From: Podarcis liolepis
Lineage: Eukaryota
Assembly: GCA_965112155.1 (NCBI GenBank)
Contig: OZ218101.1
DNA: 64,000 nucleotides
Strand: one strand, 5' to 3'
The translations under genes and the position numbers were made by a program. The notes under the pieces were generated by a model that was given only the letters and a program-made list of their open reading frames with translations, searched no databases and was not told where the DNA came from. Shown one piece after another: positions 63,400 to 64,000 of the stretch; positions within the stretch are counted from its first letter, which is position 1; the number at the start of each line of letters is the position of its first letter.

Positions 63400-64000
63400 T
63401 TTCCAAACAGGCTGGTTGGGGACTGCGCCGCGAGATATTCAAAGGGGGAGGGGAGAAAGAGAGGCGGGCCTCAAACCCCCATACCAGGAAATCGATGAGG
63501 AAGATGATGCTGGGGTGGATTTCTTGTGTTTAATATTTGTTTTGTTTTTCCCTCGGGCATGCTCGCTACTTTCTTTACTAGGGCCCGGGGCGAAACCGTT
63601 GTCCCCTGTCGCCGCGCCGCCCCCTTTAGTTCTCTCTCCCTCGCCATAGAGAGAGCTTTGTGTAAAAGCCGAAGAGGCGCTGGCTGCTCGCGCTCCAACA
63701 GCTGTCACATTATTTGCACTAGCTGTAAACAGCCTTCGGCCCCCCCCCCTCCGCCTTTCTCCCTCCCTCCCCACACCACATAGTTAAATCCAGACTAACA
63801 ATCCACAGTTAGAGATCAAACCAACAACAGCAGCATTGTGTCTGCCCTTCCTTGCTCTAGCATCACTCCTGCAGCTGGTTTACTCGAAACAAGGAGCCCC
63901 CCTCTCCCCTCCCTACCCCCCCGCCTCCCCCCAGGCCAGGGAACTATTTGTATCAGCCAGTCCCTCACTCTCGCGAACTCTCCTTGGGCAATAAATGGGG
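63400..64000. promoter_or_regulatory. Start of a second CpG-rich region; candidate distal BCOR promoter or first exon
   Basis: CpG-rich with C-tracts, ~19.5 kb upstream of exon 2. Possible minus-strand donor CTG|GTATGG at 63484. Truncated by the window edge. Confidence 0.5.

Overview
Vertebrate genomic DNA, most likely a lacertid lizard (inferred from three Sauria-type SINEs and other squamate repeats). The window holds most of the BCL6 corepressor gene BCOR on the minus strand. Exons 2-4 and 6-13 (human numbering) can be placed by splice sites, and their reading phases are consistent; exons 14-15 lie beyond the left edge. Exon 5 is probably hidden in a 148-N gap. A large CpG-rich region (~45.5-56.7 kb) and a second one at the right edge probably contain promoters and non-coding first exons. 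The introns carry SINEs, a 5'-truncated L1 with a perfect TSD, hAT and Tc1/mariner MITEs, and microsatellites. The most unusual signal is a cluster of splicing anomalies just before and within the ankyrin-repeat region. (i) The 5' half of exon 10 has two +1 frameshifts, while a well-formed in-frame internal acceptor lies just downstream: apparent intronization, or assembly error. (ii) Exon 10 ends in a non-canonical GC donor. (iii) Intron 10 contains a partial duplicate of exon 11 with an intact 3' splice site that runs into a stop after 28 codons. (iv) An inverted SINE pair brackets the region. Comparisons to human BCOR are from memory, not from an alignment run here.
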